From Perna viridis (Eukaryota): a stretch of 64,000 nt of DNA. Positions within the stretch are counted from its first letter, which is position 1. Each line of letters starts with the position of its first letter. Shown in pieces: positions 60,475-64,000 of this stretch. The position numbers and the translations under genes are program-made. The stretch spans positions 18,286,750-18,350,749 of the forward strand of contig CM074524.1 in assembly GCA_037379345.1 (NCBI GenBank), given 5' to 3'. The notes under the pieces are model-generated. The model did no database searches. It had not been told where the DNA came from and worked only from the letters and a program-made list of their open reading frames with translations.

Positions 60475-61339
60475 AATTTTTTTTATATGGACACTTATTT
60501 CTTGACTTTAAAAGTGCTCAACTAGATCATGAAAAAAAAAATACAAATAAAATGTTCTAGGGTAGGTAGGGCATTCTAACCTTCAACAGGCAAGTTGTTT
60601 TTCTAAGGACGTTGTATATACATATAAATGACCGTTTGCATTTTATACACCCTGATCATGTTTTTTTCTTCCCATGAACAGGATTTTTGTCTTCTACTTT
60701 TAATTGAATTACAAATTGAAATTGCCACTGTGTGTGAAGACAGATGGCCATGATCATTTTATTTCAATGACAATGGATGGTTGAAACTGTTGTGATCTAA
60801 TTACATCTGTACATTTACTCACTGTAGGTTTCCAAATTTGATGTTTCCCGGTAATACAAGCGGATTTAATTTGCAAATGGAAAAAAAAAATCAAGCACAA
60901 TGTTATCCCGTATGCCCTTGTTCTGTAGAAAATTCAATATTGTTACTGATTTAGACTATTATTGAAACAAAAATCTCTGGAATGTCAGAGAAAAATGTCG
61001 TTTATTCAATCGATAGATAAATGAAGTTTAGATAAATATCCAATTCCAATCAAACTGTAAAATGTTATTGATTTTTTTCATATTCAATGTCTTTTAAACA
61101 CCTGTCCATTATATTCAGTGTTACAAATGTTTCAGAATTATTCTCTGGTTTGATTGTGCGATAGGATTGTTTTACTCAATTGACGAGGTGACACTTTGTA
61201 TGTCTGGTTTTACGCAACAATGACGAAATTATTTGTTTTCAGAATGTGCGCACTGGCCCATGTTGTAATGTAAACATTGGGGAAAAAATTACTTTAAACA
61301 TGAGATTTTTTAAATTATACATGTGACACGCGCCTTGCG

Positions 61340-61419
61340 TTGAGTAGAGAAGAGACGTAATTTGTAAATGTGACAATTTTGAGTAGAGAAGAGACGTAAT
61401 TGGTAAATGTGACAATTTT
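61340..61419. repeat. 39-bp tandem duplication
   Basis: TTGAGTAGAGAAGAGACGTAATTKGTAAATGTGACAATT x2. Confidence 0.85.
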
Positions 61420-64000
61420 CTTGATAAGGAAGGAATTGGAATTTTATGTTATAATGGATCAATAATTCGATAATTGTTATTGTGATGATTATGTGTGTTT
61501 GACATGATTTTTTATACAGATACATTGTCATCAAGGTACGTGTTTTTTGTTTTGTTTTTTTCATTTTCACTTTTATAGATCGTCATATTTACAGTATTTG
61601 CTAGAGTTTTTTGTGGGATTGCTAAGTAGTCGACGTTAATTAATATTTTTGTTTCTTTTCAAACATGTAAACAGTCAGGTGTTTATTTTTATACACGATT
61701 AATTCATTATATAACAAACATAAGCTGGCATAAATACTCCATCAACCTCGCAGTAACGACAGATCTCGACATTCCAGTTGAGGAAAATCGACAATTGTTT
61801 TAAAAAATGCTAAATATCTGATATTATTGGAGTCATAGATGTTGAAGGTTACATGTAACCTATTCCTTACTTACATGTACCCGAACAATCAATAGGTGAG
61901 ATGACACAATACATGTACATGTACTTGCTACTTTATTTATTTTTTGGTTCTGTATTTTGGAAGAACAATTCGTGTCTTTAACAAGACATTTTATTGTTTT
62001 TTGATAGCCAGGACATTATTTCCCATTGTATGGTTTCATCAGCTATGAATCCACAATTCCTTCCTACTCAAAATTATTCCCTTAATTGTTTCTGGTTTCA
62101 GAGTATTTCGAAAATAAATTCAGATTATTTTTTTGAGGGGGTGAGGGTGCGGTGGGGGGGGGATATTAGGATATAAATAAATCCTGCGGATGGTTACGGG
62201 TAAAGATGTAAATAGGTGGTTATATTGAATTAAGTTGAATTGAGATACAAGTTTTTTTTTCTCAAAAAAGGGGGGGGGGGTTTGGGCCATCGTGTTATTG
62301 TTTTTTTTTTCCAGATTTAAAGACCTATTTTGTGGACATTGAATTACATTATAATTGGAATGGTAATTGGAAAAAATGTGTATATATTTAAGATGTAATC
62401 TTTATTGTTATTAAATGTGAAAGAATGTCGATATCGTCTTCAAATTAAGTATAATAAAACATAAGTAGTTCTTTGCCATAATATTTTAAGTGTAGGCGTT
62501 CCTTTATATAGTATGTTCTTAACCTTCAAATGGTACTTAATATATATTTATGTCCAGTTTACTGTTATATATGCAAATTGTTCTAATTTATATCTGGTAT
62601 GTTAGGTCCAACAAATATTCATATATACGAATTGAGGATTCTGTCAATAAAGAATGATTTGGAGGGGGTACTGCGGGTGAAGGAACTGAACACGGGTCTT
62701 ATTTCCCCACTCCTGTGCAGGACCGGATCCAGATATTTATAAAAGGAGGGTGCAAGCTTAGGTTCCCGAGAAAAGGGGGAATGCTAGGACATTATTTCTC
62801 ATTTTTGTCAATTTTACACATGAAAGTTACAATTTTTCCAATAAAAAGGGGGGGCAACTACATGTACTCCCCTCAGGATCTGCTGTTGTGCAACCGTGCT
62901 ATCTTTTGCTAAACCGGCACTGTATATATCGGCATAGTATAATTGTGCTTTATACAAACTCGTATTGATAAATTGGTTTGCATTGTATTGCATATTTATT
63001 ATTTATTGAGTATCAAGACTTCAAACGTTTTATGGTTACAGTGCAACTGCATCTTAGAATTTTAAATATTTAGATATGAATTTATTGCAGTATATAGTCT
63101 TACATGCATTGAATTAAAATACTTGGAAACTGCTATAGTAGCGAAACAATTACAGTTTAAAATTGAATATTAAAATATCGCCATGAAACTCAACGGAACT
63201 GAAACAAGAACAACACATTCGTACGCGATCTTTACGGTGAACGGTCAGGTTATCGACAGAGAAGATCATTATCTAATATAATGTCCTGTTGTGATGTAAG
63301 ATTACATCTTCAGTTTAGTAATTAAAATACCTCAGCGGGATCAGTATTAACCCAATTCCATGAAAGATCGAATTTGTGAATAATTGGTGTAAAATCCAAT
63401 TAAAACAATTTAGCGATTATTTGCGAATTTCAGACTCAAAGGATCTATTGACTTAAGGTACATCTTTAGTATTAACGCTAATCTGTTTATTTTAGGCTAT
63501 TATCTTAAGACCCCATAAAACTCAAAGGATCTATTGACTTACATACACGTTCCATACATGTAAACGACATCATTCTTTCTCTTGGGATTGGGATAAGATG
63601 ATAGACAAATCAAATACATGATACCTTGCATTCAAGCAAGATCAAAAGAAAATATATTTTTAATGAACTTAACTTGCATTCATCTGCGCCATAATAAAGG
63701 GTGGTGCCTTAATTTTAATACAAAAGTGCGTTTCGTGTAATGTACATGCTGCATTCATAGCTTTACAATTGACAAGCACCTTAATTGCAGTAAAGGAACA
63801 AAATTAGCCATATTTGTGTATTGAGAAGTCTTGTTTTTCAATTCACCGCCTTTATCTAATTTGCAGATTTAAAGATTTTTGTCTAGACCTTCAAAAATGG
63901 CCGTAATTTGATAGCGTTTATCTTGTCATCTGGACTCTCGCGAGATCTAAACGCGATGTTATCAAATTTAGTCGAGTCAACAAAACCTTGCACTTTTACG

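Overview
AT-rich eukaryotic (animal) genomic DNA. Spliceosomal introns, frequent TACATGTA palindromes and the MITE/SINE-type repeats suggest a bivalve mollusc (inference, not verified). Most of the window is one + strand multi-exon gene encoding a cytosolic carboxypeptidase of the M14D / CCP2-CCP3 (AGBL2/AGBL3-like) tubulin deglutamylase family. I could chain 28 exons in phase from ATG 2418 to TAG 53262 (3687 nt, about 1228 aa). The FESGNL, WYYF, YPYT, HPGE, NPDG, DLNR, DLHGH and TLE motifs are intact. The long C-terminal tail appears heavily alternatively spliced: microexons, an alternative 230-aa terminal exon, candidate poison exons and many TGCATG motifs. Introns carry two TTAA-flanked MITE families, TA-flanked MITEs, a foldback element, an RTE LINE 3' end, three ~60-bp retroposon tails with 13-14 bp TSDs and a dimeric 16-bp minisatellite. 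After ~56.7 kb the sequence is CpG-richer intergenic DNA with a LINE relic and small duplications. No CRISPR array, rRNA or tRNA was seen.
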